This document shows, piece after piece, positions 43,400 to 56,408 of a stretch of 64,000 bases of DNA. The position numbers were made by a program, and so were the translations under genes. Source of the DNA: Tetramitus jugosus (lineage: Eukaryota > Protista > Heterolobosea); the NCBI GenBank assembly GCA_937625935.1, contig OW569361.1:186001-250000 (forward strand). Direction: 5' to 3'. The notes below the pieces were generated by a model. It did no database searches and had not been told where the DNA came from. It saw nothing but the letters and a program-made list of their open reading frames with translations. Numbering within the stretch: position 1 is the first letter of the stretch; each line of letters starts with the position of its first letter.

Positions 43400-46138
43400 T
43401 TACTCAAATGCTTTCAAGTCATTTTCTGTGTCTTGTTTTGAGATTTTCGAGCCGAAGGTGTTCCTCAGACTTCTCAACAGACCAGCCATAAATCCGGAAG
43501 GTTCTTCAACAATTTGTGATCTCACAGTTGTTTGTGGGTGGATTACTGGCGGATTCGTGTTTGTAGTTGCAACAGAAGGTGCTTTCTTACCACTTTTAGC
43601 TGCTCTTTTTTCGATAGCTTCCTTCAGTTCGGTCGGTATTTTACGAAACAGTTTTGTTCCTGCTAATCTTTCATAGTTATCTATCATGTATACAAAGCAT
43701 CTTTCTCTCAAAAAGAAGGCGTTGTTATATGCACAAACATTCAACAATGGGAAAATTGTTGAATCATCTAAATATGATGTGATGGTATGTTCGACTACTC
43801 GTTTATACGAGGGATAACTGAAATAATCTGCACATACCAATGATTCACAAGTGTTTGTTTCATCCAGCAAATCAGCTCTTTCTGTATATGCATATGCCAA
43901 CATAGGAACGATAGTATGTGATTGGAATGATGACATAATTTCAAACGTATCCAGGGTTGATTCAAAGTTTCCTCCGGTCAGAGCTGCCCTGAAGAAATCC
44001 ATCTTTGTTGATAGTATCGCTTTGTGTACAAGGATATTCTCAGTGCCCTCTGTAGGTTTTTGTACAACAATAATCCAGTCAGAGAATGTGTCACTGCTAT
44101 TGAAAATGGCCATCATATGCTTACTGAATGTATTGTCAAGAGGATTGTTAACGATACTCTCGGGCAATTTGGCCATGTTGGCACACAGCTCAATTAATCG
44201 AGCACATCTCGAGCCATAATGGAGCAAATCACTAGACTCCACTGTTTGTTGATATGCCTGAGCAATCATCCCACGGAGTTGCTCTAGAGTGGATGCACCA
44301 TACTTTTCCTGTAGGATTGAAGCCAAAGAGGATACATAGTGTCTATCCACCTTCTCTTCGCGCACCAGGGGCGAGCAAGAGAACTCAAGGTAGTGAAACA
44401 ACTTTGCTAGGCTTAGAAGTTGTTCTATACTTGCATTTGAGGTCTCCTCTTTGATTATTGTAGCATCGTCTGCATAAAGATACGTCAAAAATCTCAAGAA
44501 GAGTTCTAAATTAACAATCTCTGACGAAATATACACGGTTGTTGGGTTTGGTTTCTCGGACACTGCGGTGTCAGGCACTTGATCAAGATTTGAGAGAGCA
44601 GAGTACAGAACTCGATCCAATAGATTGCATTCAATTAATGCTAACAAAAGTGGACATCTTGCTAGTAGGATGCAGTTGTGAGCATAAACTGTATCATCAC
44701 CAATTTGAAACGTTTTATCGCTGAAGAGTTCATTATTTATCAACGCACCGTACGTCTCAATCGGTTGATCAGCTAAGCATGCTGATGTTTGATATCCAGA
44801 GCTAATTTGAATTACTTTTTGACCGTATAGAGCCTCAACCAAAGTAGGGAAAATGGTATAGTTTCGATCCCAACAGGATCCTACTTGCCCCAGCTTGTTG
44901 TAACCCCAACCAAAAACACTACCGGATTCAGTCAGAGCCATGTTGTGATACTCTGTGAATCGCGCACTAAGATAAAGATCTCCATCATATGGAACAACTA
45001 CACTCATTCTGTGTATATCCGAACAGGTTAAATCGACAATTGAGGATAAATATCTCTCTAATCGAGGAGTCTGATCATCAAACAATGACTCCTTTGTATA
45101 CAATCCAACAAAATCTCTTCCAATTGTGTATACACAACCGGTCATTGTTCTCATCAACGTGTGGGTTTTGCCCATATGAGCACTTACAAATCGATCTGTG
45201 GAGCTATCAGAATTAGGATCAGTTTCCTTTGGATAACTTCTCCACTCTTGAAATTCATACATAGAAGATTTACTATCTCCCAACATTCCATACGGATTGT
45301 GACCCCTATAAAATACGTGACCCATATCTGTCACAACGATCATTGATTCTGAGTCTCCTGCAATACTCACGATACGATCCTCGGGTTGTACCAAATTCTT
45401 CAATGAACAATCTGTCCTCCAAATGTCAGAATAATGCCTGTATAGGACTATCTTTGACAATTCTGCATTTTCATGAAGCAAATATTCATCACTCAAATCA
45501 CGATCGTTCATAATACAACCTTCATCGTTCTCAACAAAGCTCGTAGTTCTCATTTTTGCTGATGATACCTTTCGCATTATGACAGAAACACCCAAATTGC
45601 TCGCAAACAGCTTATCAACCACATAGTTATAACTTTGGTCATTCTCAAAATTTTTAGGGAACACATCCACCACAAAAGTATCATTTAAAGGAGTGAGTGT
45701 AGCACCATAAGTGTATGGAGTCCTGTCTCCCATGGCCAACGTGAATAATCTGCCCATGTTTGTCAACGCATAAAGTGCAAAACAGTCAGCAGCCAGCTGC
45801 ACAAAGTACTCTTCCTTGTACGTTTCCTTGTCTTCTTCATTGACTTGTGGAAGCTTAATGATTGTAAAGTGTTCATCCCTGGTTGGTGGATCACTTGTGA
45901 GATATTCAGTCTTTTCAGCCCCAAATGCCAATGACGGTGACTGCTTTGTTCCCCTGTTGGGCAACTTGGTCACCTTGTCATACTGGAAAGAAAAACGGTA
46001 AACTTTCTTGCTGTACTTTTTGAGCGCGAAAAAGTGTACTCCGACACAAGCAATTTGGGCAATGTCAATCTTGTTCTTTGTGAAGTAATCGATAGGGGTT
46101 GGGTCTTGGTTGTTACCCCAGATATAAACGACTCTCAT
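43400..46138 (-). CDS. RCC1-repeat plus tandem BTB-domain protein
   Basis: GHNPYGMLG and VFGWGYNKLGQVG RCC1 repeats; BTB motifs FSDKTF...AHNCILLARC and FSDWII...VHKAILSTKMDFF. Confidence 0.9.
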   Translation of the reverse strand: MRVVYIWGNNQDPTPIDYFTKNKIDIAQIACVGVHFFALKKYSKKVYRFSFQYDKVTKLPNRGTKQSPSLAFGAEKTEYLTSDPPTRDEHFTIIKLPQVNEEDKETYKEEYFVQLAADCFALYALTNMGRLFTLAMGDRTPYTYGATLTPLNDTFVVDVFPKNFENDQSYNYVVDKLFASNLGVSVIMRKVSSAKMRTTSFVENDEGCIMNDRDLSDEYLLHENAELSKIVLYRHYSDIWRTDCSLKNLVQPEDRIVSIAGDSESMIVVTDMGHVFYRGHNPYGMLGDSKSSMYEFQEWRSYPKETDPNSDSSTDRFVSAHMGKTHTLMRTMTGCVYTIGRDFVGLYTKESLFDDQTPRLERYLSSIVDLTCSDIHRMSVVVPYDGDLYLSARFTEYHNMALTESGSVFGWGYNKLGQVGSCWDRNYTIFPTLVEALYGQKVIQISSGYQTSACLADQPIETYGALINNELFSDKTFQIGDDTVYAHNCILLARCPLLLALIECNLLDRVLYSALSNLDQVPDTAVSEKPNPTTVYISSEIVNLELFLRFLTYLYADDATIIKEETSNASIEQLLSLAKLFHYLEFSCSPLVREEKVDRHYVSSLASILQEKYGASTLEQLRGMIAQAYQQTVESSDLLHYGSRCARLIELCANMAKLPESIVNNPLDNTFSKHMMAIFNSSDTFSDWIIVVQKPTEGTENILVHKAILSTKMDFFRAALTGGNFESTLDTFEIMSSFQSHTIVPMLAYAYTERADLLDETNTCESLVCADYFSYPSYKRVVEHTITSYLDDSTIFPLLNVCAYNNAFFLRERCFVYMIDNYERLAGTKLFRKIPTELKEAIEKRAAKSGKKAPSVATTNTNPPVIHPQTTVRSQIVEEPSGFMAGLLRSLRNTFGSKISKQDTENDLKAFE

Positions 46139-46251
46139 TTGATTTTGCTTTCGTTGTTTTTGTGTTTTGTTGATGAATTGACAAGGCTTTGTTCTCCGAA
46201 AGTTCAGTGCTCAGTTCGTCAACGTGAAATGTCAGTTTACTTTTTGGGAAT

Positions 46252-48747
46252 CTACTGTTGGCGAAGGAGATCCTTTGATTTCTGGGCGGCAACACCAAGA
46301 CCAACAAGCCAATTACATGCTGTAAACACATCTGTGTCCATGATGATTTCGATGACCCGTTTTGGCGTTTCAAGAACCAAACCATATACCGTCTTACCAG
46401 CGTTCCGTGGTCTCTTCAGACCAAATCTCTTCATCGCTAGGCCAGTAGGCATCTCGAGACAGGTTATGGTATCGATATCCTTGAGTGAAATTGTTCTCGA
46501 AGATCCAGGAGTTGTGGCTGAGGTGGTCTTCTTAGTTGAGGTAGTACACCAGGCCAAAGTAAGGTTAATTCTATCGACGAAGAAGAATCTCTGGTGGGAC
46601 TTATTCATGTATCCATTCGGTGTACATTTCCATAGATTTTCTCCCTTGGCCACAATACGAAGAATATCTTCTTCATTTTTCACGGCTCTTGCTAACATCT
46701 CTACCTTCTTGATACTTTGGATGAAGTTACCATTGAGTTCGATTCTCATTCCCTCCCTTGATCCTCCTTCAGATCCGCTCTCATAAATCCTTAAACGTTG
46801 TTTACTGATGTAGTGGAGGGACTTTGTATTCGAAGATGCTACGGTGTTACTAATTGGAGCTTCTCTATCTTCAGGTGTGTTGGGTTTCCTGAAGTTCATC
46901 GAAACATTTCCAAATCTTTGATCGAGAGGACTCAATGGCTGATATCCTCCATTTGAAACTGTGCGAAGAGCAGAAAGCGAACTCGCTTGTATACTCTCTC
47001 TATTCCCTGCAGATTCTATATCGGATTCTCTTTGTTGAAGAAGCCCCGGACTGCTTGGACTTCGAATAAATGATTTTGAGGTATGTACATTGGGAGAAGG
47101 AGATGGTGCTCTCAAAGAGTATCTACTCTCTCTTAAGGGAAGAATTATGGTTTCAGATTGATCATCCGTTTCAGTTTCTTCCTCCATTGGAACTCTTCTC
47201 TCACTCAATATCTCTTGCGTCTCCTTGGATATGTAGTGATGGGCTTGATATTGCTCTGCTCGATAATCGGTTATTCTCCAAGAATCATTGTGAAGAGTTA
47301 ACTCATCTGTTTGTACATTTTCTTTTTCAAGCTGGTGGGGGTTGAAGCGTCTGTTGTTCTCAAAAGAATAAGAGTTATTTCCATGATTCATACTATTACT
47401 AACTTCATCGTTGCCAAAGTTGTAACTATTGTTTCGATTGGGGGGCGATCTTTTAAATATCTCTGATACTCGAACTTGTCTCATTGGAATCGAAATGCTA
47501 GGTCTGGAATCCACTCTAGCAGCTGTATCAACTTTGACTGGAGAAATATTTTGAAGAAACATACTAATTTCCATATCCTCAATGATGTCAAAATTCTCTG
47601 TTTTTGGAACTGACCATTGTTTGCCTCGAGTATTGTTTCCGAGGGAATCAAGCATCTCATCCGGTTGATAGTTCCTTCTCGTTATAGATGCCATTTGTTC
47701 ATACTCAGAATGGTGTTTGAATGGTTTGTCGTTAATGAGAATTGTTGCTGCTGGATGATCTCTAATGGATTCTGGACTTTCCGATTTAACAACTGAGTGA
47801 GTATCCGACGAGGGCACAAGAGTGTTGGGAGTATTGGATAAGTGCGGGTTAGGTTCTGGAGTAGACTGAGGAAAAGGAGAACCACTTGTGGTCAGAGAGC
47901 TAAATTTGTTTGTTCCAGTTCTTTCTCGTCTTCGTTGAATTATTCTTTCCAGCTCTGACTGAAGTTTTGAGTCAGTGTCTTCGTTCATCATTTGTTTTCT
48001 TCGCTCTTGAAGCTCTTGAAGCTTCCTGTTTCTTTCGAGCTGTTCTCTCTCCATTGTTTGTTGTGTAAGATTTTGGACTGGAGTTATGCTGACTCCAGAA
48101 AGCGTCTCTGTTTCATGATTCTTAGAAAGCTCTGGGGATGTTGATTGTGGAAGTTGTGATTGTTCTCTCATTTGCATGAAATTTGTACGATTGGGCGTTA
48201 ATTTTTCTTCAATTTTGTCTTCTTTATGGATTTCTCTTACTCTATTTGCTTCCAGTTCATGTGATAAGTGGTTTTGTGGTGTTCCCAAATGATTCTGTTT
48301 TTGTACGGGAGTTTGTACATGCTTGTACGGAGAGGTGTGTGCTGTAGTTATTTTGTTAGGAGATATCTTGAATTGTCTGCTAGAGTCAACTTGAGATGAT
48401 TTGAGAAAAGAATTATGAGATGGAGAAGGTGAATGGATCGGTGGTTCTCTGACTCTCGGATGACCAAAGCTGATCTCATTATTGATTTCTATCGCGAATG
48501 AGGTAGTTTCTTCTCCCTTCTCAATAGGCGATAACCCAATACCATCATTTTGAATTGGAGTGGAAAATTGAATTTCACCAGAATGAACAGCCACATTATT
48601 TGATCTTCTCGCTGGTTTCGCTGGGGTTTTGACAAACGATGGTGGTTCTTCATACAGAGGTTCGTCATCACTCTCTTCGTGCTGTACGAGAAAGGGAGGA
48701 ATAGTAGCCGATGCATGAGAATTATAGTACTTTGGTCTGCTAGACAT
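46252..48747 (-). CDS. Largely disordered protein with a C-terminal PH domain (Num1/Mcp5-like PH)
   Basis: S/P-rich body; C-terminal KGENLWKC...HQRFFFVD...TLAW...NWLVGL. Confidence 0.8.
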   Translation of the reverse strand: MSSRPKYYNSHASATIPPFLVQHEESDDEPLYEEPPSFVKTPAKPARRSNNVAVHSGEIQFSTPIQNDGIGLSPIEKGEETTSFAIEINNEISFGHPRVREPPIHSPSPSHNSFLKSSQVDSSRQFKISPNKITTAHTSPYKHVQTPVQKQNHLGTPQNHLSHELEANRVREIHKEDKIEEKLTPNRTNFMQMREQSQLPQSTSPELSKNHETETLSGVSITPVQNLTQQTMEREQLERNRKLQELQERRKQMMNEDTDSKLQSELERIIQRRRERTGTNKFSSLTTSGSPFPQSTPEPNPHLSNTPNTLVPSSDTHSVVKSESPESIRDHPAATILINDKPFKHHSEYEQMASITRRNYQPDEMLDSLGNNTRGKQWSVPKTENFDIIEDMEISMFLQNISPVKVDTAARVDSRPSISIPMRQVRVSEIFKRSPPNRNNSYNFGNDEVSNSMNHGNNSYSFENNRRFNPHQLEKENVQTDELTLHNDSWRITDYRAEQYQAHHYISKETQEILSERRVPMEEETETDDQSETIILPLRESRYSLRAPSPSPNVHTSKSFIRSPSSPGLLQQRESDIESAGNRESIQASSLSALRTVSNGGYQPLSPLDQRFGNVSMNFRKPNTPEDREAPISNTVASSNTKSLHYISKQRLRIYESGSEGGSREGMRIELNGNFIQSIKKVEMLARAVKNEEDILRIVAKGENLWKCTPNGYMNKSHQRFFFVDRINLTLAWCTTSTKKTTSATTPGSSRTISLKDIDTITCLEMPTGLAMKRFGLKRPRNAGKTVYGLVLETPKRVIEIIMDTDVFTACNWLVGLGVAAQKSKDLLRQQ

Positions 48748-48947
48748 GATTCACTGATTATGCTTTTTGCACCTGAACCAATCCACGAAATTTCCGTAGA
48801 GGGATTTTAACGGCTCATGGTCGGGGTATTTTGTGATTGAACTTTCGTGCAACAAAAAATTGCACCTTCAAAAATTTCACACTTTCGCAAAAAAAACATA
48901 ATTTTTTTCCTCCAGCGCAGGGAATCAACAACAAACAAGATACAGAC

Positions 48948-51900
48948 ATGAGCAATCAAAACAACAATAAAGTCAGAAAAAAGATTGATTCTAGAATTAG
49001 AACGCTTGTTGAAAATAGCGTAAAAACGAGACACAGAAGTTTCTTTGTCATTGTTGGTGATGATTCCAAGGAACAAATTGTCAATCTCCATTATATGCTG
49101 ACAAAGGCCAGAGTACAAACGAGACCAAACGTCTTGTGGTGCTACAAAAAAGAACTTGGCTTCATGGCTGATAACAAAGCTCGTTCACGTCGTTTAAAGA
49201 AGAAACAAACCGAAGTGAACAAGAAGAGAAGAAAGGGAGAAGTCGAAGAAGTGGACGAGGAAGAGTTGTTGAATGATCCATTCCATTTGTTCCTTGCCGC
49301 AACAAACGTTCGTTTCTGCTACTTTAAAGAAACTCAAAATATTTTGGGTAGCACTTATGGCATGCTTGTGTTGCAAGATTTTGAAGGAATAACACCAAAC
49401 ATTCTGGCTAGAACGATTGAAACCGTTGAAGGAGGTGGAATGGTTGTCTTGTTGTTGCCAGGAATGGATTCTTTGAAACAATTGTATACAATGACCATGG
49501 ATGTTCACTCTAGATTCAGAACAAACACTCAACACGAGATTACTGCACGTTTTAACGAGAGATTTTTGCTCTCTTTGGCCTCGTGCTCTGATTGGTATGT
49601 CAGCTTTGATTTTTTGTTGGCGCTGTAGTCTAGACAAGTTTTTGCCGCCATCTTTTTATTTTGATTGTGTATTTTGCTAACATTGTACTTTTGATGATGA
49701 CAACAATAGCTTGGTGTTGGATGATAAACTGAACGTTCTTCCCATCTCTTCCCATGTCAAGGACATTAAGCCAATTACAATTGCTGAAGAAGAAAGAGCT
49801 GAAAATCACATTTTGTCTGGAAAGGAAAAGGAACTTCGATCCCTTCAAGCTTCCCTCGAAGACAAGCAACCAATTGGTACTCTGTTAGCTCAAGCTAGGT
49901 CCCTTGATCAAGCCAAGGCTGTCATGCAATTCGTGGATGCCATCTCAGAGAAGACTCTTCAAACCACTGTAGCTCTCACTGCTTCTAGAGGTAGAGGTAA
50001 ATCTGCTGCACTTGGTCTCGCCATTGCTTCTGCTGTAGCCTATGGATACTCCAACATTTTTGTCACTTCTCCCACACCTGAAAATTTGAAGACTCTGTTC
50101 GAATTTATTCTAAAGGGTTTCGATGCTTTAAAGTACAAGGATCAACAAGATTATGAGATTGTTCAGTCAACGAACCCTGCATTCAATGGAGCGATTGTCA
50201 GAGTGAATATCTTTAGAGAGCACAGACAAACAATTCAATATATCCAACCTCAGGACTATCAAAAGTTGGGTCAGGCTGAATTGTTGGTGATTGATGAGGC
50301 TGCTGCTATTCCATTGCCAGTCGTTAAGAAGTTATTGGGACCATATTTGGTTTACATTTCATCTACAATCAACGGTTACGAGGGAACTGGTAGATCTCTT
50401 TCGTTGAAGCTTTTGGATCAATTGAGAGAGAAGAGTCAATCCAACGCTGCAAACGCTGGCAGGATTTCATCCTCTGCTAGAAAGTTTTATGAGGTAAAAT
50501 TGGAAGAGCCTATTCGTTACGGAGAGGGAGATCGCGTTGAAAGATGGTTGTATGATCTATTGTGCCTCGATGCAACATCTGCTGCCTCAATGGCCAACAA
50601 ATGTCCTCACCCTAGTGACTGTAGCTTGTACTATGTAAATAGAGATACTCTATTCTCGTACAACCAAGCATCAGAGGCATTCTTGCACAACATGATGTCT
50701 CTCTATGTTTCCTCTCACTACAAGAATACTCCAAATGATCTTCAATTGATGTCTGATGCACCAGAACATCACTTGTTTGTTTTGTTGGGACCTGTAGACG
50801 AAAATACTACATCCCTGCCTGATATCTATTGTGTGATTCAAGTTGCCTTGGAAGGTAATATCAATAAGGAAATTGTGATGGCCAATCTTGCCAAGGGTGT
50901 TAACCCTAGTGGTGATCTAATTCCATACTTGATCTCCAAGCAATACCAAGAATCAGAGTTCGGTTCTCTCTCTGGAGCCAGAGTTGTCAGAGTTGCCACA
51001 CATCCTGATTATCAAAGATTTGGTTATGGTGGTCGCGCAATTGAACTCTTGTCCCAATATTATGAAGGTGAACTCCAAGTAATCTCGGAAGAAGAAGAGA
51101 CATCTGACGACGAGGAACAAGATGAGACGATGGAAGATTCAGAGGACAAATCTGGATTGCAAGACGAAAACATTCGGCCAAGAGACAAGATGCACCTACC
51201 TCCTTTGCTCCAGTCCTTGGAGGATCGAAAGCCAGAGAGCATTCAATATCTGGGTGTTTCCTACGGTATGACACAAAAATTGTTCAATTTCTGGAAGAAG
51301 CACGAGTTCAAACCAGTATATGTCAGACTGACTCAGAATGATCTCACTGGCGAACACACTTGCGTTATGCTACGTTTGCTGAAGCAATCAACAAACACTA
51401 CGATAGATTGGTTGCAATCATTCTATGATGATTTCACCAAGAGATTGGTTTCTTTGCTTGCCTTTGATTTTAGAGACCTTCCTTTGGCTCTAAGTTTGAG
51501 TCTGCTCGACTTCCAGATGGTTGGTGCTGATGTTCTACAAAAGAGATCCCTACCAGTTCAGGAGCTTGATGCCTATGTTTCCAACTTTGATATGAAGAGA
51601 CTAGAGTCTTATTCAAAGAATTTGGTTGACTATCACGTAATCTTGGATTTGTTGCCAATCATTGCTCGCTTCTATTTCCTGAAGAAGATTCCATTTACCA
51701 TCTCATATGCCCAGGCAGCTATCTTAGCCGGTGCTGGTTTGCAGTTCAAGAAGATTGAAGAGGTTGGAAAGGAGGTTAACCTTCAGAGTAATCAAGTTTT
51801 GGCTCTGTTTAACAAAGCGATGCGTAAGTTTATCAAATATTTCAAGGAGGTATCCAAGCATCGTTTTGCCATTCAACCAGTGGCTCAACCAAAACAGACT

Positions 51901-52425
51901 AGCAAGGCTGAATCAAAGAAAACTTCGAAGAGAGGCAACATTCAGGAAAAGGACTTGAAAGATGAGGTTAACGAGACTGCTGGGGGCAGTAACGAAGATG
52001 ATTTTGGTGGTGTGTTTGAGAAACCTTTGAATGGTACTGAAGCAAACAAGAGAAAGAGAACTGAGGAGTCTAGTGATGACAGCGAGTCAGACGAAGAAGA
52101 AGAAACAAAGACCGTTGAGAAAGCAAAAAAGATCGCAAAACGGAATGATAAGAAGATTGATCCTGAATTAATGCAGGAGCTTCTCACAAACAATGAGTAC
52201 AAGATCACCGGTGTGACTGCTGCAAGCATCACCAAGGGAGTTGGCTCTCATTCTGGCTCTCTTTCCGATGGTACAGTCCAAGTCGAAACAGAAGGAACCC
52301 AAAAGAAGAAGGAAATTAAACCATATATGCTGAAGGACAAGAAGGAAGTTCAAGCTCAAAAGGACAAGTTCAAACAAAAACTCTATAAGAAAGGAGGAAG
52401 GAAAAAGCGCAAGGTCAAGAGCTAA
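48948..52425 (+). CDS. NAT10: RNA cytidine acetyltransferase NAT10/Kre33; intron 49595-49709
   Basis: RKKIDSRIRTL, RPNVLWCYKKELGF, ARTIETVEGGG, TASRGRGKSAALG, IDEAAAIP, SSHYKNTPNDL, RVATHPDYQRFGYG; splicing gives SDC|LVLDD. Confidence 0.98.
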
Positions 52426-52442
52426 AGAAATCCTTATTTTAC

Positions 52443-55400
52443 CTAAAGATTCATATTTTTTCTTTTCATTTCTGCCAATATCGACTCAAGCGCCACCTTC
52501 TGTGCACTTGGGGCTATGAAATGGGAAGCACGTTTGTCCAAAGGTGCCTTTTCTTTCTCTGTCGTCTCGTAACTTATGGGGACTGACCTTCTGGAAGAAC
52601 CCAACAGTACTGTTGCCGCTCTCCTCGTCCGGTTCACTTCTGTATCTGCGCTCTGTAGATGTTCCGCTGGAGGAGGGAGATATGAAGGAGTCCTTGTTTC
52701 TTCTTTCATATTTTGTTTTGGTGTCGCAGGCACTGGTTGATTTGATTCCTTCTCTGGAAGCAGAAGGTTGCCAGACATCTTCCGAACAGGAACAGGGAGA
52801 GGTCTGCTATCTCGAACAGTCTGAGGGCTTGTAGGAGACTGAGGAGTCATTGGTGATTGGGGAGAACTTTCACCTATTCTTGTTTTATGAGGTAGATTAA
52901 TCATGGAAGCATGTTTGTTCAGGACTGTTCTTTCTGATAACAAGACATTCAGCCGCTTCACCTCTTCTTCGGCTGAAGTTAACTTTTTCTCAAAAGCTTG
53001 ATTCTTCTCTTGAATCTCGGATAACATGTTCTTCTGTCGTTTCAACTTTTCTTTCAACTCTTCATTTTCAACAAGTATGCCTTCAGCTTTGATCAACTTG
53101 TACTCTAGACTTAAATTATTTAACTTCGAAATTTCCAATTCGTTCTGCAGCTTGTCCATAACCGCAGAATGTTCATGAAGACCAGAACATTCTTGAATGC
53201 ATTGATTAAATAACTCGGTCATTTTTCCTTCGTTCTCAGATAGTAAAGTTTTGTAAGTCTCAACTTCTTGACGAAGATCTCTATTCATGGCTTTCAGCTT
53301 TTCATTACTTAACGATAATGATTCCCGTTGATAATTGTGCACTGAATCAAGTAATTGCATCTTTCTAATGACCCCCTGGATCTCGATTTCCTTTTCTTTT
53401 CTTCTTTGTGAGAGTGTCTCTTGCATGTTCTTAATCTCTTGTTGGAGGTTGGTATTTTGTTTATCTTTCATCAGGACAATTTTTTCTAATCTTGCAACAT
53501 CTTGGAATGGTTTTGAAGATAGGGGAGGTCCAGCTTTGGGAGATGTAGAGGCTACGAATTGTTGCATTGACTCTTCTTTCTCCTCTTTTTCTCGTCTTTC
53601 AAGTTCTTTCTGTAGAGTACATATCTGTCTCTCCAAGTCTATACACCTTTCAGCCAAATGCTTATTGGTTTCTTCCTTTTGATTAAGTTGTTTTTGAAGA
53701 TGTTCTCTCGACTCTTCGATATGGGATACGTGCTCTGATGTCTTGATTTGTTCTTGGATAATATTAAACTCTGCTTCTTTCATCAATGATGGAATAGCCT
53801 TCGAAATCTCATCAAAAATAATCCCACTGCCATCTTTTGTCTTTGAACTGAGCACTTGTGAGTATTTATGTTGCAAGTCGGATATGACAGCAAAAGATCG
53901 ATTCAGCTTGCTATTTAGAAGGTCATTCTCTTTTTCTGTGTATCGAACCTTGGTCTCTTGACACTTCAATTTTTGTTCTAAGTTGATCAACCTGTACAAG
54001 AGCTCGTAGTTTTGTTCATTGTAATCAATATCTTTCACTGATTCTAATAAACTTCCTAGTTCTAGTTCATAATCGACCTTCAATTTTTCAAAATGTTCTT
54101 TCAGGTCTGAATTGATCACCCGAGGAGCAGCACTTTCCTTGTTTAGACTAACTTCAGAATCAAATGTCTTGAAGTATGATAGGTGATCTGAAAACATACT
54201 AAATGTATTTCCAAAAACAGATGGAAATACATCAGCTTCGTTTCTGAAAATGGTTTCGAACAGTTCTTTGCTTTCTTTCCCCACTTGAAGAGTTTGTTCC
54301 ATCTTTTTTAGGCTATCAACCTGGTCTCGGACTAGCAGAGCTCGTGCTTCTGCTATTTGCTGGCGTTCTGAGATATGTAGGGCTAATTTGTGCAAATATT
54401 CTTGCACATCTTTTCTCATTGCATCAATCAATTGAGTGACTCCTCTGGATTGTTCCTTGTTCTGTGCGAGCTTGTCTTTCAGAACATCCAAATCTCTTCT
54501 CCGTGTTTCTGCGACCTGTAGTGTCGTAATCCATTTTTGAAGTAGTTCCTTCGTACCCCCTTGAATCCCATGTTCTTCTGCGAATGCTCTCTCTTTTTCG
54601 ATACATCTCTGGAAATCTGATACCCAATCTTTCATTTCTTGTTCATCTGAGAATTGAACTCGACAGGAGTTTGTCTCCTTTGGATAGCTGTTCAGCTCTA
54701 CAGCTAAAGAATCCTCAGGCAATTCAACAATATCTGTGAGACATATATACATGGTGCGAAGTTCATTGTCCTTGATGAAGAAAAATACATCATTGGCCAT
54801 AAAACAGTCTATCCACACTTCCTTCTGAGATCCAATTGGATATGTCAGTTTCAATCTACCCTCTCTCACATACTTTCTCCATCTCTTTAAGAGAATACTC
54901 TGAGTCATATTGTCTAGGCCCCATTCACTTGAAATTCGTTGGTTAAGTTTTTGTTGATTTTCGTACATTCTTTTGGATTCGTTGATAAATAGTACAAGAT
55001 CCTCCATTTGCTTATCCAGAGTTATTAACTTCATATAAGAGGCGCTCTCTTTGGGAGTCAATGATATCATTCTGTTGAAGATATTCTTGTAAGCAAATAT
55101 TCGCTGGAATGGCTTTGAAATTAGATCCCTTAGATCCAAACCTTTGCTTCTGGGGCTATTCCGAGCGTTCTTCAAGAAAATAGCAAATTCTTTGTCCTTT
55201 TTAAGCTTCTCTGTCATTAGAATGACAGCTTTATCATAGTTTTGAACATAAACGGTGTACAACTTAAGAAAAGGCAGGATGCGCATAAAGACTTCTGAGA
55301 GATCTTTAGAAGAATCTGAAGAAGCTGTCGTGAGATTATCAAGAATTTGTACTGCTAAATTGAGAAGTTGCTCCACTGGTTGTGAATGTTAGTAACCGAT

Positions 55401-56204
55401 ATGATTCTACATAAAACAATGGTAGTTACTTACAGTTTCCAAATAATATTGATATCTCTGCATCAGTAAGAATCTTTTTCTTGTTCTTCACTTTCTCCCT
55501 CAAAGGATTGATGTACATCTAAAGCATTAAGAGTAAGTTTATCGATTCATGAACAACATTGAAATAGCTCATTCACTTACATCTCTCATCACCATTAAAT
55601 ACTCTACATAATTTTGCTCGGATGTTATCAACTCCTTCACCAAATTAATTCTGACTCTTATATTCTTCAAAAACTCTTCAAACAATAGAGATTAGTTTAG
55701 AAACAACTAGAAAACACTCTTTCAATAAAATCATACTTTCAACTCTCTTTCGGTATTTGCTCAATCTCCAGTAATTCACAATCATTTCAGCAGCTTTGTC
55801 TTGTGAATATTTTGGCTCAGAATGTGGTTGCGGTGGAGTAAGCACTTGTGATTTCTCTTCACTAGCATGTTCATTGCTCTGTACAGTGTGAGGAGGCTCC
55901 TCACTACTACTTGACTCAGAGTCAACCAAGGTATCGTCTTCGATCCTTTCTGCATAGTCCGTTGGGAAATATCCAAACATTCCATTTTGAAGTACACCTA
56001 AACAACAATTGACAATCAATCATATGGACTCAGAAAATAGAGGAGAGGAAATAATGATCACCTACCTGTTGACCATCCTTCGAAAACTTGAGTCACATGA
56101 ATAATATCGCCTTCTCTGATACTCAGTTCGTCCTCACTGGTTGCATCAAAGTTGAAGCATACCCTAACCTTGAACAGTACCTCCAATTCAGAGCTCTCAA
56201 TCAT
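52443..56204 (-). CDS. SH3-IQ-RhoGEF(DH-PH)-coiled-coil protein with four short introns; start approximate
   Basis: SH3 (FNFDATSEDELSIREGDII...GW..G|...GYFPTDY), IQ-like IVNYWRLSKYRK, DH (ELITSEQNYV; LISKPFQRI), PH, long coiled coil; GT-AG introns between about 55375 and 56065. Confidence 0.88.
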
Positions 56205-56408
56205 GAATGTCTTTGCTTTATCTTGCAGTGATTCGTGGTAAATTGTAGATTTTGACGCGGTAATTTGATGACGGTTCACATTTTGCCCGCCATTTTCAGA
56301 AAAGATTGAGACTGTTCGAGTTGTTTACAGTGCATGTGATTCGGTCAGCTTCATGTCATCAAGTTCTTCACCTGATGAGCAAGAATCCGCACCGATCGAA
56401 TTTTATCT

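Noticed and set aside
46034-46786. 250-aa plus-strand ORF and other shadow ORFs
   Set aside because: Antisense to well-supported genes and lacking independent motifs.
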